From NCBI RefSeq assembly GCF_006345805.1, contig NC_042997.1, positions 173,166,001 through 173,230,000 of the forward strand: DNA of 64,000 bases, given 5' to 3'. This DNA comes from Octopus sinensis. Lineage: Eukaryota. Position numbers and translations under genes: made by a program. Positions 63,066-64,000 of this stretch are shown here, piece by piece. The notes beneath the pieces are model-generated. The model had not been told where the DNA came from and did no database searches. It saw only the letters and a list, made by a program, of their open reading frames with translations. Within the stretch, counting starts at the first letter, position 1, and the number at the start of each line of letters is the position of its first letter.

Positions 63066-64000
63066 ATACATATAGTCACAATGAAGTTACTTAAACCTCT
63101 TATAGGGATATTTATCCAAGATACACTGGTTTAATATATCAAATCTTGAAGAGAAAATTCTTCAATGAATATATTATATAGAATATCATAAAATATCAAA
63201 CATTTTTAATTAGTTCGAAAACAGAGAGATCTGATGAATACAAATTGATTTATTAATTAATCTACATATTCACCAGCGATTGTTTCATTTCATAAACAAA
63301 ATTAAAATTACAAAACATATATAAATATATAATTTTGCATTTTCAATACCTTGTAGGGAAAATCATCAGGGTGTGCAGAGGACAATAAGGATTACATTAG
63401 GATACTTTTGGAATCCACAGAATATAGATATGTTTACAATGTGTGTATGTATACGTGCCTGTGTGTACGTATGCGTTAAAATTATTCCTTTCATTTCAAT
63501 ATTATGTGTACAGAGTGCTCAATACATGTAGAAGGTATAGTTTTTTGGGGGTTTTTTTCATTTAAAATTGAAAACTCGGAACTGTCTGTTTTATGCGACT
63601 GGACACTCGAACTTAAATGAAAGGAACAAAACTATATTCATACACACAACACACACAACAAAACACCTGTGCTCGTCTCTTTATCCATACTCTGGCTTCC
63701 CAACACCTGGCATTAAACCAACACCTCCTCTACTACACTCCGACGCAGTTGAAAAGGGACTTCTTTAGCTTTTGTCTTCTAAGTTAATTGGCAACTTTTG
63801 CTAGTGTCACGAAAAAAAAAAAAAAAAAATAGCACACCGGTACACTCGGCAAAATAGTTGGCATTAGGAAAGCCATCAATCAGTAAGACCATCCCAAAGC
63901 AGATTTTGGAGCACCGACACTAGCCTGTGAAACTTAACAAATCTATACCAGCGTGATGGTAATGCTTCTGTGTGTGTGTGTGGATATAATGGAATGAGAA

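Noticed and set aside
1-64000. Supplied ORFs as genes
   Set aside because: Nearly all read through microsatellites, T- or A-rich tracts or SINEs (e.g. the recurring ...HAVGLNPEPCGW peptide is family A); no domain-like sequence except the RLE fragment.

Overview
AT-rich eukaryotic DNA saturated with repeats. The SINE families and TA/CA/GA/ATT microsatellites match what I recall of Octopus genomes (inference, no search run). None of the supplied ORFs is a credible gene; they read through microsatellites or SINEs, and no tRNA, rRNA or CRISPR array is present. Supported content: at least five SINE-like families, two piggyBac-type TTAA MITE families, an unclassified MITE, four non-autonomous Helitrons, an R4/Dong-type LINE endonuclease fragment, and Penelope-like (PLE) terminal remnants. 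Top leads: (1) six PLE-associated minimal hammerhead-ribozyme motifs with covarying stems, mostly with a variant CCGANGA core plus an extra A; (2) a ~98% identical ~330-bp inverted repeat seen only twice here, spanning 4.9 kb and enclosing a foldback palindrome and a candidate microexon; (3) several frame-preserving + strand microexon candidates (3, 6, 24, 24 nt are the best), suggesting this is the large-intron interior of an unidentified gene; (4) a Helitron whose 3' hairpin has become a perfect 19-bp palindrome. The host gene and its strand remain unproven; coordinates of degenerate repeats are approximate.
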